From: Clostridia bacterium
GTDB lineage: Bacteria > Bacillota > Clostridia > Oscillospirales > CAG-272
Direction: 5' to 3'
NCBI GenBank assembly: GCA_017452475.1
Contig: JAFTMJ010000044.1
Coordinates: 1-59,659, forward strand
Length of the DNA: 59,659 bases
A program made the position numbers and the translations under genes. Shown here one piece after another: positions 29,917 to 41,065 of this stretch. Each line of letters opens with the position of its first letter. Position 1 is the first letter of the stretch. The notes under the pieces were generated by a model. It was given only the letters and a program-made list of their open reading frames with translations, was not told the origin of the DNA and searched no databases.

Positions 29917-30246
29917 ATGAGTAAGGTTCATGTAAAGCGCGATGACACTGTTATTGTTATCTCCGGTGATGACAAGGGTGTTATTGGCAAGGTAGTGGCT
30001 GTAAGCCCGGAAGAAGGCAAGGTTATTGTACAGGGCGCCAACATCGTTTCTAAGCATCAGAAGCCTAGAAAGCAGGGCGAAAGCGGCGGCATCCTCAAGG
30101 TTGAGGCTGCTATGTACGCTTCCAAGGTACAGATCGTTTGCCCTAACGCAAAGTGCGAAAAGCACAACAAGGGTACAAGAATTCAGCACAAGATTGTAGA
30201 TGGCAAGAAGATCCGCGTTTGCGCAAAATGCGGCGAAGAGCTTTAA
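29917..30246 (+). CDS. rplX: 50S ribosomal protein L24
   Basis: KOW motif DTVIVISGDDKG; operon position. Confidence 0.96.
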   Translation: MSKVHVKRDDTVIVISGDDKGVIGKVVAVSPEEGKVIVQGANIVSKHQKPRKQGESGGILKVEAAMYASKVQIVCPNAKCEKHNKGTRIQHKIVDGKKIRVCAKCGEEL

Positions 30247-30261
30247 TAGGAGGTAACTGAA

Positions 30262-30804
30262 ATGTCAAGATTTGCAGAAATTTATAAGAATGAAGTTGCT
30301 CCTGCTCTTATGAACAAGTTCAACTACAAGAGCACAATGCAGATTCCAAAATTCAACAAGATTGTAATCAACGTTGGTGCTGGCGATGCTAAGGATAACT
30401 CAAAGGTTATTGACAGCATCATTGATGAAATCTCTATGATCGCAGGACAGAAGGCTGTTCCTACTTACGCAAGAAAGAGCGTAGCTAACTTTAAGCTTCG
30501 TGAGGGCGTAAAGATCGGTGTTAAGGTAACACTTCGCGGCGAGAGAATGTATGAGTTTATGGATAGACTCTTCACATTTGCTCTTCCAAGAGTTAGAGAC
30601 TTCAAGGGTATCAACCCTAACGGCTTTGACGGTCGTGGTAACTATTCAATGGGTCTTAAGGAGCAGCTCATATTCCCTGAAATCGAATATGATAAGGTTG
30701 ACAAGATCCGCGGTATGGATATCACCTTCGTTACAACCGCAACAACAGATGAAGAAGCAAAAGAGCTCCTCACACTTATGGGCGCTCCATTTGCTAAGAA
30801 TTAA
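30262..30804 (+). CDS. rplE: 50S ribosomal protein L5
   Basis: LPRVRDF, FDGRGNY, FPEI. Confidence 0.98.
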   Translation: MSRFAEIYKNEVAPALMNKFNYKSTMQIPKFNKIVINVGAGDAKDNSKVIDSIIDEISMIAGQKAVPTYARKSVANFKLREGVKIGVKVTLRGERMYEFMDRLFTFALPRVRDFKGINPNGFDGRGNYSMGLKEQLIFPEIEYDKVDKIRGMDITFVTTATTDEEAKELLTLMGAPFAKN

Positions 30805-30821
30805 TGAGGAGGGCTTGACAG

Positions 30822-31007
30822 ATGGCAAAGAAGGCTATGGTGCTTAAGCAGCAGAAGACACAGAAGTATTCCACAAGAGAATACAACCGTTGCAAAATCT
30901 GCGGCAGACCTCATGGTTATCTCCGCAAGTATGGCGTTTGCCGTATTTGCTTCAGAGAGCTTGCTTACGCCGGTGAAATTCCGGGTGTAAGAAAGGCAAG
31001 CTGGTAA
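30822..31007 (+). CDS. rpsN: 30S ribosomal protein S14, zinc-binding type Z
   Basis: 61 aa, CKIC...[12 protein letters not shown]. Confidence 0.97.
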   Translation: MAKKAMVLKQQKTQKYSTREYNRCKICGRPHGYLRKYGVCRICFRELAYAGEIPGVRKASW

Positions 31008-31178
31008 TTAAACAGCTTAAGTCCTTGAAAATCAAGGCAAAAATAAATCAAAAAAGAATACGAAATGTATTCACTCCAATCTAATCGGAAGGAAACAAAT
31101 GTTTAACCACCGATAAGCGGCCGACAGTTTTTTGTCGGCAGCAAGCTTGGTTACTTGCATATATAGGAGGAAATAAAG

Positions 31179-31577
31179 ATGCAAATTTCAGACGTAATTG
31201 CAGATATGCTCACCAGAATCAGAAATGCTAGCAACGCTAAGCACGAGACTGTTGACATTCCTGCTTCAAACATGAAGAAGGCTATTGCTGACATCCTTTT
31301 GGAGGAAGGCTACATTAAGGCTGTATCCGTTGTTGAGGATGGCAAGCAGGGCACAATTAGAATCACCCTTAAGTATGAGCAGGGTAAGGTAAAGGCTATC
31401 CGTGGTATTAGAAGAGTTTCTAAGCCGGGTCTTAGAATTTACTCCAACTGCGAGGATATGCCAAAGGTTATGAACGGCCTTGGTATCGCAATTGTATCCA
31501 CATCTAAGGGCATTATGACAGACAAGAAGGCAAGACGTGAGCACGTTGGCGGCGAAGTACTTGCATTTGTTTGGTAA
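31179..31577 (+). CDS. rpsH: 30S ribosomal protein S8
   Basis: [19 protein letters not shown]. Confidence 0.98.
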   Translation: MQISDVIADMLTRIRNASNAKHETVDIPASNMKKAIADILLEEGYIKAVSVVEDGKQGTIRITLKYEQGKVKAIRGIRRVSKPGLRIYSNCEDMPKVMNGLGIAIVSTSKGIMTDKKARREHVGGEVLAFVW

Positions 31578-31597
31578 TTTACGGGAGGTATAAGAAC

Positions 31598-32140
31598 ATG
31601 TCAAGAATAGGAAGAGCTCCAATTAATGTTCCTGCCGGCGTAAATGTTGCAATCGATGCAGCAAACAGCGTTATCACCGTAAAGGGTTCTAAGGGTACAT
31701 TAACTTATAACTACAACAACAGAATGAGCGTTGCTTGTGATGCAAACGTAATCACAGTTACACGTCCATCTGATGAAAAGGAAGATCGCGCACTTCACGG
31801 TCTTACAAGAACACTTATCAACAATATGGTAGTAGGTGTTACCGAGGGCTACGCAAAGAAGCTTGAGGTTAACGGTGTTGGTTACAGAGTAGCAATGCAG
31901 GGCAAGAGCCTTAACTTAACACTCGGTTACTCACATCCTGTTATCGTAGACGCTCCTGAAGGAATCACATTCGAGACTCCTGACGCTAACACAATTATCG
32001 TTAAGGGTATCGACAAGCAGGTTGTTGGTGAAACAGCAGCTTTCATCCGTTCCAGAAGAGCTCCTGAACCATATAAGGGTAAGGGTATTAAGTATGAGGG
32101 CGAAAAGATTCGCCGTAAATCCGGAAAAACCGGCAAATAA
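31598..32140 (+). CDS. rplF: 50S ribosomal protein L6
   Basis: MSRIG (start reset, RBS GGGAGGT), PEPYKGKG. Confidence 0.97.
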   Translation: MSRIGRAPINVPAGVNVAIDAANSVITVKGSKGTLTYNYNNRMSVACDANVITVTRPSDEKEDRALHGLTRTLINNMVVGVTEGYAKKLEVNGVGYRVAMQGKSLNLTLGYSHPVIVDAPEGITFETPDANTIIVKGIDKQVVGETAAFIRSRRAPEPYKGKGIKYEGEKIRRKSGKTGK

Positions 32141-32158
32141 TGAAAGGAGACGACAAAA

Positions 32159-32518
32159 ATGGTATCAAGAAAAGATAGCAACGCACAGCGTCTTAAGAGA
32201 CACACAAGAGTTCGCGGTAAGATTTCCGGAACAGCAGAGCGTCCACGTCTTTGCGTTTATCGTTCAAACAAAAACATTTCTTGCCAGATCATCGATGACG
32301 TGGCAGGCGTAACACTCGTTTCCGCTTCTACAATGGAGTCCGGATTTGAGGGTATCGGTAGCAACAAGGAGGCTGCTAAGAAGGTTGGCCTCGCTATCGC
32401 AGAAAAGGCATTGGCAAAGGGAATCGACACAGTTGTATTTGACCGTGGCGGTTATGTATATCACGGACGTGTATCAGAGCTTGCTGAGGGTGCAAGAGAA
32501 GGCGGACTTAAGTTCTAA
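32159..32518 (+). CDS. rplR: 50S ribosomal protein L18
   Basis: [21 protein letters not shown]. Confidence 0.98.
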   Translation: MVSRKDSNAQRLKRHTRVRGKISGTAERPRLCVYRSNKNISCQIIDDVAGVTLVSASTMESGFEGIGSNKEAAKKVGLAIAEKALAKGIDTVVFDRGGYVYHGRVSELAEGAREGGLKF

Positions 32519-32594
32519 TTCTCTTAACATCGGTTAAGAATTCTGGTTTGTACACTGTTTAATTGAATTAAACATATAATAAGGAGAAATTAAA

Positions 32595-33098
32595 ATGTCA
32601 CTTAAAATTGACGCAGCTACCCTTGATCTTCAAGAGAAGATGGTAGCACTCAACCGTGTTTCAAAGACAGTTAAGGGTGGTCGTATCGCTCGTTTCACAG
32701 CTTTGATGGTTGTTGGCGACGGTAACGGACACGTTGGTTACGGTCTTGGTAAGGCAGCTGAGGTTCCTGACGCAATCCGCAAGGGTATCGAGGATGCTAA
32801 GAAAAACATGATTTATGTTCCTATTAAGGATACAACAATTCCACACGAGGTAATCGGTAAGTTTGGCGCAGGCTCCGTTCTTTTGAAGCCGGCTGCACTC
32901 GGTACCGGTATCATTGCAGGTCAGACTGTTCGTGCAGTTCTTGAGCTTGCAGGTATTAAGAATATCAGAGCAAAGAGCCTTCGTTCCAACAACAAGACAA
33001 ACGTTGTTAAGGCAACATTTGAGGGCTTGAAGGAGCTCCGTTCTATTGAAGAAGTTGCTAAGACTCGTGGCTTAGACACAAGCAAGGTTATCGGTTAA
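32595..33098 (+). CDS. rpsE: 30S ribosomal protein S5
   Basis: [17 protein letters not shown]. Confidence 0.98.
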   Translation: MSLKIDAATLDLQEKMVALNRVSKTVKGGRIARFTALMVVGDGNGHVGYGLGKAAEVPDAIRKGIEDAKKNMIYVPIKDTTIPHEVIGKFGAGSVLLKPAALGTGIIAGQTVRAVLELAGIKNIRAKSLRSNNKTNVVKATFEGLKELRSIEEVAKTRGLDTSKVIG

Positions 33099-33112
33099 GG
33101 AGGATATATAAG

Positions 33113-33292
33113 ATGGAAAACGTAAAAGTAACACTTATTAAGAGCCTTATCGCTTGCAAGCCTAACCAGATTGCAACTGCAGAATCTCTTGGCCTTACCA
33201 AGATTGGTAACAGCATCGTTTTAAAGAACGATCAGGTTTTGGCAGGCAAGATAAAGGTTATCTCTCACCTTGTTAAGGTAGAAAACGCATAA
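33113..33292 (+). CDS. rpmD: 50S ribosomal protein L30 (59 aa, not in ORF track)
   Basis: Hand-translated MENVKVTLIKSLIACKPNQIATAESLGLTKIGNSIVLKNDQVLAGKIKVISHLVKVENA; AAGGAGG RBS; lies between rpsE and rplO. Confidence 0.93.
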   Translation: MENVKVTLIKSLIACKPNQIATAESLGLTKIGNSIVLKNDQVLAGKIKVISHLVKVENA

Positions 33293-33380
33293 TCTTGATT
33301 TAAACTGCCAAAGGGCAGAAATTGATTGAAAAACAATCAAACCTTTAATTAAAAATCAATTTCAATAAGGAGGATTAAAT

Positions 33381-33821
33381 ATGAAGCTCCATGAACTATC
33401 TCCAGCTGCAGGTTCAACAAAGGCAGCATGGCGCAAAGGTAGAGGTCCAGGATCCGGTAACGGCAAGACAGCCGGTAAGGGTCACAAGGGTCAGAACGCA
33501 CGTTCAGGCGGCGGTGTAAGACCTGGTTTCGAGGGTGGTCAGCTCCCACTTTACAGAAAACTTCCTAAAAGAGGATTTAACAATAAATTTGCTACAGTTT
33601 ACGCTACAATCAATGTAAGCGACCTTAACAAATTTGAAAATGGCGCAACTGTAAATCTCGAAGCTCTTATTAATGCAGGTGTTATTAATAAGGAACTCGA
33701 TGGACTTAAGGTGCTTGGAAACGGAGAACTCACAAAGAAGCTCACCGTTGAGGCAAAGGTTTTCTCAGCTACTGCTAAGGAGAAGATCGAGGCTGCAGGC
33801 GGAAAAGCTGAGGTGAAATAA
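33381..33821 (+). CDS. rplO: 50S ribosomal protein L15
   Basis: [17 protein letters not shown]. Confidence 0.98.
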   Translation: MKLHELSPAAGSTKAAWRKGRGPGSGNGKTAGKGHKGQNARSGGGVRPGFEGGQLPLYRKLPKRGFNNKFATVYATINVSDLNKFENGATVNLEALINAGVINKELDGLKVLGNGELTKKLTVEAKVFSATAKEKIEAAGGKAEVK

Positions 33822-33823
33822 TT

Positions 33824-35221
33824 ATGTTTAAAACCTTAGCTAACGCTTGGAAAATTAAGGATTTAAGAGATAAGCTATTGTTCACAATTATGATCATTTT
33901 GCTTTACAGAATAGGCGCTGCTATCACAGTTCCATTCGTAGATGCAAATGCTGTTGCAAACACACTTCAGGGTAACTCCTTGCAGAATGTTTTGTCAGGA
34001 ACATCAAATAGCATCCTTAACTTCTTGAACACCTTGTCAGGTGGCGCGCTTGCAAACGCATCACTTTTCGCACTCGGTGTTTCACCATACATCACAGCAT
34101 CAATTGTAATGCAGCTTTTGACTGTTGCTATCCCACCACTTGAAAGACTTGCTAAGCAGGGCGAGGAGGGTAAGCAGAAGATCAATGTAATTACAAGATA
34201 TGTAACTGTTGCAATTTCACTTGTAACAGCTATCGGTTACTATTTCTACATTAGATATCAGGCAACAGGACTTGTTGCAGGCGCTGACACATGGTACATT
34301 GCAATTGTTATCATTGCTTGCTACTGTGCAGGCTCCTCACTTGTAATGTGGCTTGCTGAAAAGATTAACGATAAGGGTATCGGCAACGGTATCTCAATTA
34401 TCCTTTTCGCTAACATCGTATCCCGTTTCCCTGCAATTGTTGTTTACATTGTTACTGTTTTCAGAACAGTTACAACTCAAGACATCAACGACCAGTACAG
34501 CGAGATTATCCCAACAATTATCATCGTTCTCAGCTTGATTGCAATGCTTGCGATGATTTGGTTCATTGTATTCATCTCTGACAGTGAGCGTAGAATTCCT
34601 GTTCAGTATGCAAAGAAGGTTGTTGGCAGAAAGATGTACGGCGGTAGAAATACCAACCTTCCAATTAAGCTTAATATGACAGGCGTTATGCCTATCATCT
34701 TTGCTAACTCCATCCTCTCACTTCCGGGCATGATCTTCGGATTTATCAATGTAGAGGATCAGGAAAGCTTCCTTTACAGTGTAAAGGTATTCTTTACAAA
34801 CACCGCTTCTTGGTTCTTTGTATTAATGACCTTTATACTCATTCTCGCATTCGCTTACTTCTATGTAGCAATTTCCTTCAACCCAACAGAGGTTGCGGGC
34901 AACCTACAGCAGAACGGTGGCTCTATCCCGGGTATTCGTCCCGGCAAGCCAACCTCTACATTTATTAAGAAGGTGCTTTCTAAGGTAACCTTTATGGGCG
35001 CTTTGGCACTTTCCGTAATTGCAGTTTTGCCACCACTCATTCAGTTGATTCTCGGCTATGTTGCAGAATGGACTGCAATGCCTGAATTCGCATTCAGCGT
35101 TGTTACAGACTTCGTTCACTCCGGTAGCTCAGTAATCATCGTTGTTGGTGTAATTCTTGAAACTGTAAGAGAAATAGAGGCTCAGATGACAATGCGTCAC
35201 TACAAGGGCTTCCTTGATTAA
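33824..35221 (+). CDS. secY: Preprotein translocase SecY
   Basis: LGVSPYITASI, GIGNGIS, GVMPIIFA, IPGIRPG. Confidence 0.97.
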   Translation: MFKTLANAWKIKDLRDKLLFTIMIILLYRIGAAITVPFVDANAVANTLQGNSLQNVLSGTSNSILNFLNTLSGGALANASLFALGVSPYITASIVMQLLTVAIPPLERLAKQGEEGKQKINVITRYVTVAISLVTAIGYYFYIRYQATGLVAGADTWYIAIVIIACYCAGSSLVMWLAEKINDKGIGNGISIILFANIVSRFPAIVVYIVTVFRTVTTQDINDQYSEIIPTIIIVLSLIAMLAMIWFIVFISDSERRIPVQYAKKVVGRKMYGGRNTNLPIKLNMTGVMPIIFANSILSLPGMIFGFINVEDQESFLYSVKVFFTNTASWFFVLMTFILILAFAYFYVAISFNPTEVAGNLQQNGGSIPGIRPGKPTSTFIKKVLSKVTFMGALALSVIAVLPPLIQLILGYVAEWTAMPEFAFSVVTDFVHSGSSVIIVVGVILETVREIEAQMTMRHYKGFLD

Positions 35222-35233
35222 GGAGTAGGGATT

Positions 35234-35887
35234 ATGACAAAGAATCTTAAGCTCATTTTCCTTGGCGCACCCGGTGCGGGCAAGGGAACACAATCTGACA
35301 TTGTCGCAGAGAAGTACGGTATTCCTACTATCTCAACGGGCGTAATGATTAGAGAAGCTATTAAAAACGGCACCGAGATGGGACTTGCGGCTAAATCTTA
35401 TACAGAGAAGGGCGCACTTGTTCCGGACGAGGTTGTTATAGGTATCATTGGTGAAAGACTTGCTAAGGACGACTGCCAAAACGGCTTCATCCTTGATGGC
35501 TTCCCAAGGACCGTTCCTCAGGCTGAGGCGCTTGACAAGATGGGTGTTAACATCAACTGTGTTGTCAGCATCGAGGTTGAGGATGAAAAGATTGTCGAGC
35601 GCATGAGTGGCAGACGTGTCTGCGCAAAGTGCGGCGCATCTTACCACACCTTATATAATCCTTCCAAGGATGGCGAAAGCTGCGACAAGTGCGGCGAGGC
35701 GCTTTCCATTCGTAAGGATGATGCTCCCGAGGTTGTAAAGAGCAGACTTGTTGTTTACCACGACCAAACGGAGCCTCTTAAGGATTTCTACGGCAAAAAG
35801 GGTGTTCTTGTTTTAGTTGAGGGTCAGGAGCGCGTTGAAGATACAACAGCTCTTACACTTGCTGCAATTGAGAACACAGCGAAATAA
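35234..35887 (+). CDS. adk: Adenylate kinase (Zn LID)
   Basis: GAPGAGKGTQ, LDGFPRT, CAKC...CDKC. Confidence 0.97.
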   Translation: MTKNLKLIFLGAPGAGKGTQSDIVAEKYGIPTISTGVMIREAIKNGTEMGLAAKSYTEKGALVPDEVVIGIIGERLAKDDCQNGFILDGFPRTVPQAEALDKMGVNINCVVSIEVEDEKIVERMSGRRVCAKCGASYHTLYNPSKDGESCDKCGEALSIRKDDAPEVVKSRLVVYHDQTEPLKDFYGKKGVLVLVEGQERVEDTTALTLAAIENTAK

Positions 35888-35890
35888 GTT

Positions 35891-36649
35891 ATGATTCAGC
35901 TTAAAACCCCTGAGCAAATTGAGATAATGAAAATCGCAGGTAGAATTACAGGCGAAACATTGCTCATGGCAAAGGAACTAATCAGGGAAGGTATTACAAC
36001 CAAGGAGTTGGATGACAAAATTCGTTTGTATATCAAGAAATGTGGCGCAAAGCCAACATTTCTTGGATACGGCGGCTTTCCGGGTAGTGCTTGCATAAGT
36101 ATTAACGATGAGGTTATACACGGTATTCCCTCACACAAAAGGATACTTAAAAACGGCGATATTGTTAAAATCGATGTAGGAGCCTACTATAAAGGCTTTA
36201 CAGGCGATAGCGCAGCTACCTTCGGTGTCGGGGAAATCTCCGACGAGGCGCAGCGACTTATTGATGTTACAAGAGAGAGCTTTTTCAAGGGCATTGAAGC
36301 AATTGAAAAGACTCCAAGCCCTCGCTTAGGCGATGTTGGATTTGCAATTCAGAGCCACGCAGAGTCAAACGGCTATTCAGTGGTTAGGGAGTTTGTGGGT
36401 CACGGCGTAGGCAAGGAGCTTCACGAGGAGCCCAACGTACCAAACTTCGGTACGGCAGGCAGGGGAGTTCGTATTTATCCCGGCATGACGCTTGCAATCG
36501 AGCCGATGATAAATATGGGCACACATCAGGTAAGGATGCTTAACGACGGCTGGGGAGTTGTAACAGCTGACGGTAAGCTATCTGCTCACTATGAGCATAG
36601 CATTGCGGTAACCGATAACGGAGTAATTTTACTCACCAAGGTTGACTAA
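35891..36649 (+). CDS. map: Methionine aminopeptidase type I
   Basis: HGIP, GHGVG..LHEEP, AIEPM, SAHYEH. Confidence 0.96.
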   Translation: MIQLKTPEQIEIMKIAGRITGETLLMAKELIREGITTKELDDKIRLYIKKCGAKPTFLGYGGFPGSACISINDEVIHGIPSHKRILKNGDIVKIDVGAYYKGFTGDSAATFGVGEISDEAQRLIDVTRESFFKGIEAIEKTPSPRLGDVGFAIQSHAESNGYSVVREFVGHGVGKELHEEPNVPNFGTAGRGVRIYPGMTLAIEPMINMGTHQVRMLNDGWGVVTADGKLSAHYEHSIAVTDNGVILLTKVD

Positions 36650-36769
36650 CCCAAAATAAGAGTTCTCCAACGCGGCTGATTTTTGGAGGACGACAAACGC
36701 TAAGGAGTGTTCGTTACTCACTCTTTAGACTGAAGCATTAATTTAATCGTAGAATAATGAGAGGAATAT

Positions 36770-36988
36770 ATGGGAAAAGAAAATGTAGTAGAATTTGAGG
36801 GCGTAGTTACGGAAGCACTTCCTAACGCAACCTTCAAGGTACAGTTGCCTAATGGGCATATAATCACTGCTCATATTTCAGGCAAATTAAGACTCAATTA
36901 TATTAGAATATTGCCCGGTGACAAGGTAACCGTTGAAGTGTCAGTTTATGACCTATCAAAGGGCCGCATCACATGGCGCGCAAAATAA
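36770..36988 (+). CDS. infA: Translation initiation factor IF-1
   Basis: [19 protein letters not shown]. Confidence 0.98.
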   Translation: MGKENVVEFEGVVTEALPNATFKVQLPNGHIITAHISGKLRLNYIRILPGDKVTVEVSVYDLSKGRITWRAK

Positions 36989-37004
36989 GAAAGGTGGTTT
37001 CATA

Positions 37005-37118
37005 ATGAAAGTAAAGCCTTCAGTAAAGAAAATCTGTGACAAGTGCAAGGTAATTAAGAGAAAAGGTACCGTAATGGTTATCTGTGAGAACCCTAAGCAC
37101 AAGCAGAGACAGGGCTAA
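37005..37118 (+). CDS. rpmJ: 50S ribosomal protein L36 (37 aa)
   Basis: [14 protein letters not shown]...[12 protein letters not shown]; true start 37005 lies inside the 36933 ORF. Confidence 0.97.
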   Translation: MKVKPSVKKICDKCKVIKRKGTVMVICENPKHKQRQG

Positions 37119-37155
37119 TTCAAACCAAACCAATTTATTTAAGAGGTGAAAAATA

Positions 37156-37524
37156 ATGGCTCGTATAGCTGGCGTAGATATTCCAAACGCGAAGCGCGTT
37201 GAAGTTGCATTAACATACATTTACGGCATTGGTCTTAAGAGCGCACAGGACATTCTTGCTAAGACAGGAATCAACCCTGACACACGTGCTAAGGATTTGA
37301 CCGAGGATGAAATTGCAAAGCTTCGTGAAGAAATCGAAACAAATTACCACGTTGAGGGTGAGCTTCGCAGAGAGGTTGCTCTTAACATTAAGCGTCTTGT
37401 AGAAATCAACTGCTATCGCGGTACAAGACACAGAAAAGGTCTTCCTGTAAGAGGACAAAGAACAAAGACAAATGCAAGAACTCGTAAGGGTCCTGCAAAG
37501 ACAATAGCAAACAAGAAGAAATAA
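37156..37524 (+). CDS. rpsM: 30S ribosomal protein S13
   Basis: [25 protein letters not shown]. Confidence 0.98.
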   Translation: MARIAGVDIPNAKRVEVALTYIYGIGLKSAQDILAKTGINPDTRAKDLTEDEIAKLREEIETNYHVEGELRREVALNIKRLVEINCYRGTRHRKGLPVRGQRTKTNARTRKGPAKTIANKKK

Positions 37525-37537
37525 GGAGTTTAGCGAG

Positions 37538-37930
37538 ATGGCAAACGAAAAGAGAGTTGTTAAGAAGCGTCGCGAGCGCAAGAATATTGAAAAAGGCGCC
37601 GCACACATCTGCTCAACATTTAATAACACAATCGTTACTATTACTGATGTAGCTGGCAACGCTGTATCATGGGCATCTGCTGGTGAACTCGGTTATAAGG
37701 GCTCAAGAAAGTCCACACCATTTGCTGCACAGATGGCTGCTGAGGCAGCTGCAAAGGCAGCTATGGAGCACGGTATGAAAACTGTTGAGGTTTACGTTAA
37801 GGGACCTGGTCAGGGACGTGAGTCTGCTATTCGTGCCCTTTCTACAGCCGGTCTTACCGTTACAATGATTAAGGATGTAACTCCTATTCCTCACAACGGT
37901 TGCAGACCACCAAAGCGCAGACGCGTTTAA
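37538..37930 (+). CDS. rpsK: 30S ribosomal protein S11
   Basis: [24 protein letters not shown]. Confidence 0.98.
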   Translation: MANEKRVVKKRRERKNIEKGAAHICSTFNNTIVTITDVAGNAVSWASAGELGYKGSRKSTPFAAQMAAEAAAKAAMEHGMKTVEVYVKGPGQGRESAIRALSTAGLTVTMIKDVTPIPHNGCRPPKRRRV

Positions 37931-37951
37931 TTTTGATAGGAGGAACGAACG

Positions 37952-38572
37952 ATGGCAAGATATACAGGACCTTCATGCAAGCTTTGCCGTAGAGAAGGAA
38001 CAAAGCTTTACCTTAAGGGTGAGCGTTGCTTAAGCGACAAGTGTGCATTTAACAGAAGAACAGCAGCTCCCGGTCAGCACGGTGCTGCAAAGAAGAAGCT
38101 TACTGAGTACGGTATGCAGCTTCGTGAAAAGCAGAAGGCAAAAAGATATTACGGTGTTCTTGAGAAGCAGTTCAAGAACTACTATGTAAAGGCTGACAAT
38201 CAGGAAGGCATTGCAGGTGAGAACTTGCTCAGACTTCTTGAAAGAAGACTTGATAACGTTGTTTACAGAATGGGACTTGCTGCAAGCCACAAGGAGGCTC
38301 GTCAGCTCGTGCTTCACGGCCACTTCACCTTGAACGGCCACAAGGCAAACATTCCATCCATCCTTGTTAAGGTTGGCGATGTTATCGCAACAAAGGAAAC
38401 CGATTCCACAAAGATAAAGGGCTTAGTTGAGGCTATGGGCGACCATATCGCTCCAAAGTGGCTCGACATCGATAAGAACGCAGGAGTTGCAAAGGTTATT
38501 GCAATGCCTGAGCGTGACGATATCGACTTCGAATTCAACGAGCAGCTCATTATCGAGCTTTACTCAAAATAA
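37952..38572 (+). CDS. rpsD: 30S ribosomal protein S4
   Basis: [27 protein letters not shown]. Confidence 0.98.
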   Translation: MARYTGPSCKLCRREGTKLYLKGERCLSDKCAFNRRTAAPGQHGAAKKKLTEYGMQLREKQKAKRYYGVLEKQFKNYYVKADNQEGIAGENLLRLLERRLDNVVYRMGLAASHKEARQLVLHGHFTLNGHKANIPSILVKVGDVIATKETDSTKIKGLVEAMGDHIAPKWLDIDKNAGVAKVIAMPERDDIDFEFNEQLIIELYSK

Positions 38573-38725
38573 TAACTCTTTGTCGGCTGTATTTCTCCAC
38601 TTTACAGTGGAGTATACACCGAAAGGTGTAGTACAGAGGACATCAATGTTATGTAACCAAGCATTCCCATATGTGGGATATAACCAATTTGCATAAATTG
38701 AAATTTAGGAGGGTTATTACTAATT

Positions 38726-39697
38726 ATGATGATAGAAATAGAAAAGCCTAATATTACAATAGTAGGCGAAAGCGAAGACGGCAAGAAGGGCAAGTTTGTC
38801 ATTGAACCTCTTGAAAGAGGCTTCGGTACAACACTTGGTAACTCCTTAAGAAGAGTAATTATCAGCTCCCTTCCGGGTTACGCAGTATCCTCTATCCGCA
38901 TTGATGGCGTTTTGCACGAAATGTCCAGCCTTGAGGGTGTAACCGAGGATATTACTGAGATCGTACTAAATGTTAAGGGTATCGTTGCAAAGCTTCACGG
39001 CGGTGAAACTGTTAAGACAGCAGTAATCGACAAGAAGGGTCCATGCGAGGTAACCGCAGGCGATATCACCCCAGATGCTGACCTTGAAATATTCAACCCC
39101 GATCTTCACATAGCTACTCTTGGCGAGGGCGCTCGTTTCTACATGGAGCTTACATTTGAGCGCGGCCGCGGATATGTATCTCAGGAAAAGAACAAGAATG
39201 ACCACATCAAGAGTGGCGTTAATGTTCCAATCGGTACAATCTTCACCGACTCCATTTACACACCTGTGTACAATGTTAGCCCAACAGTAGAGAATACACG
39301 AGTTGGAAGCATTGCCGACTATGACAAATTGACAATTGAGTTAGAGACAAACGGCACCATTAGGGCAACAGATGCAATTTCACTTGCAGCCAAGATACTC
39401 AACGATCATTTCACCTTGTTTGTAAATCTCTCAGACGAGGCAAAGAACGCAGAAACTATGGTTGAGCGTGAGGAAACAAAGAAAGAAAAATATCTTGAGA
39501 TGACCATTGAGGAGCTTGACTTGTCTGTAAGAAGCTTCAACTGCTTGAAGCGCGCAGGCATAGATACCGTTGAGGACCTTATCAACCGTTCTGAAGAGGA
39601 TATGATTAAGGTTAAGAACCTCGGTAAGAAATCCCTCGATGAAGTAATAAACAAGCTTGCATCTCTCGGTCTTGCTCTCAAGAAAGAGGAAGAATAA
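38726..39697 (+). CDS. rpoA: RNA polymerase alpha subunit
   Basis: [29 protein letters not shown]. Confidence 0.98.
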   Translation: MMIEIEKPNITIVGESEDGKKGKFVIEPLERGFGTTLGNSLRRVIISSLPGYAVSSIRIDGVLHEMSSLEGVTEDITEIVLNVKGIVAKLHGGETVKTAVIDKKGPCEVTAGDITPDADLEIFNPDLHIATLGEGARFYMELTFERGRGYVSQEKNKNDHIKSGVNVPIGTIFTDSIYTPVYNVSPTVENTRVGSIADYDKLTIELETNGTIRATDAISLAAKILNDHFTLFVNLSDEAKNAETMVEREETKKEKYLEMTIEELDLSVRSFNCLKRAGIDTVEDLINRSEEDMIKVKNLGKKSLDEVINKLASLGLALKKEEE

Positions 39698-39749
39698 GAG
39701 AATGGTGGACTAGGTCCACAACTGAAAATCGGCGAAGGAGGATAAATCA

Positions 39750-40094
39750 ATGCCAGGAACAAGAAAACTCGGCAGAACAACTGAGCACAGAAACGCTATG
39801 CTTCGTGGAATGGTTACATTGCTTCTTGAAAAAGGCGCAATCGAAACAACCCTTTCAAGAGCAAAGGAGCTTCGTTGTGTTGCTGATAAGATGATAACAC
39901 TCGGTAAGAAGAATACACTTGCTACTCGTAGAGAGGCTCTTGCATACATCACAAAGGAAGATGTTGTTAAGAAGCTCTTTGACGAAATCGCACCAAGATA
40001 TGCTGATCGTGTAGGTGGCTACACACAGATTTATAAGCTTGGTCCAAGACGTGGTGATGCTGCTGAAATGGCGCTCATCAAGTTGGTTGACTAA
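39750..40094 (+). CDS. rplQ: 50S ribosomal protein L17
   Basis: RKLGR, GGYT, RRGDAA. Confidence 0.98.
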   Translation: MPGTRKLGRTTEHRNAMLRGMVTLLLEKGAIETTLSRAKELRCVADKMITLGKKNTLATRREALAYITKEDVVKKLFDEIAPRYADRVGGYTQIYKLGPRRGDAAEMALIKLVD

Positions 40095-40105
40095 TTACCA
40101 ATAAT

Positions 40106-40138
40106 AAAACTCCCTATGGACTTTCATAGGGAGTTTTT
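40106..40138 (+). terminator. Terminator of the ribosomal superoperon
   Basis: AAAACTCCCTATG-gacttt-CATAGGGAGTTTTT. Confidence 0.85.
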
Positions 40139-40289
40139 GTATGTATGGAAAGATTTATTCTATATAACAGAAGGAAAAATTTACATTAAAGAGGGAAAAG
40201 CCCTCTTTTTTAATATTCTACATAAAATGCTTGGTTACATATCCCCGTTTTCGGGGATATTTTTTGTAAAGGCACGGTAAATAATTCTA

Positions 40290-40318
40290 TTGCAAAAGCA
40301 ATTGATTTATGGTAAAAT
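40290..40318 (+). promoter_or_regulatory. Sigma-A promoter candidate
   Basis: TTGCAA-17 nt-TAAAAT with extended TG. Confidence 0.6.
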
Positions 40319-40350
40319 AGTATGGAACGAAAAAAAGAGGAGCCTTACAT

Positions 40351-41019
40351 ATGGATATAAAAGAGGCGGTTATTAAGCGGCACTCTGTTAGGCGCTATCT
40401 TGACAAGGAGCTTGACAAAAGCGCCGTAAACGGGCTAAAAACGGCTATTAGCGAGGCTTGCAAGGACAGTGGACTTGATATACAGCTTGTGCTTAATGAG
40501 CCAACAGCTTTTACAGGCTTGCTTGCCAAATACGGTAAGTTTGAAAACTGCAAAAACTACATAACAATCTGCGGCAAAAAGGGCAGAGAGGTTGATGTGG
40601 GCTACTACGGTGAAAGAATAGTTATAGCGGCGCAAATGCTGGGGCTGAACACCTGTTGGGTGGCGCTGACCTATAAAAAGGGCAAGGTGCCTGTAAAGCC
40701 AAGGGCAGGGGAGAAGTTCTACATTACAATCGCTGTTGGATACGGCAGAAACCGTGGCTTGCCAAGGAAAAGTAAGTCAATGGAGCAGGTGTGCAATGTT
40801 GGAACGACCGAAATGCCGGAATGGTTTAAAAACGGCATAGATTTTGCCCTGCGCGCCCCAACTGCCATTAACCAACAAAGGTTTTATATTACTCTTAACG
40901 AAAACGGAAGTGTAAGCGCCAAATCGAAGCTGGGACCCTGCTCTAAAATAGACTTAGGCATAGTTAAGTACCATTTCGAATTAGGGGCAGGAAGGGACAG
41001 CTTTAGCTGGGAGGAATAA
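40351..41019 (+). CDS. Nitroreductase family protein
   Basis: RHSVRRY, GLNTCWV, APTAINQQ, IDLGIVKYHF. Confidence 0.85.
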   Translation: MDIKEAVIKRHSVRRYLDKELDKSAVNGLKTAISEACKDSGLDIQLVLNEPTAFTGLLAKYGKFENCKNYITICGKKGREVDVGYYGERIVIAAQMLGLNTCWVALTYKKGKVPVKPRAGEKFYITIAVGYGRNRGLPRKSKSMEQVCNVGTTEMPEWFKNGIDFALRAPTAINQQRFYITLNENGSVSAKSKLGPCSKIDLGIVKYHFELGAGRDSFSWEE

Positions 41020-41065
41020 ATGAAAAGACCGCAAGGTTGAAAAATTAGTATTAAGGTATAAGGAA

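Noticed and set aside
36650-36769. Small gene (e.g. KOW-domain protein) between map and infA
   Set aside because: Only 120 nt with short hairpins and no credible ORF with an RBS.
24208-39952. Many antisense and alternate-frame ORFs over the ribosomal operon (e.g. 27852-28571, 26418-26987)
   Set aside because: They overlap unambiguous conserved genes and are explained by strong codon bias.
40351-41019. Nitroreductase as a RiPP azoline dehydrogenase of the cluster
   Set aside because: It has its own promoter, is separated from the operon by a lipoprotein gene and a hairpin, and no YcaO is present; a link cannot be excluded but is unsupported.
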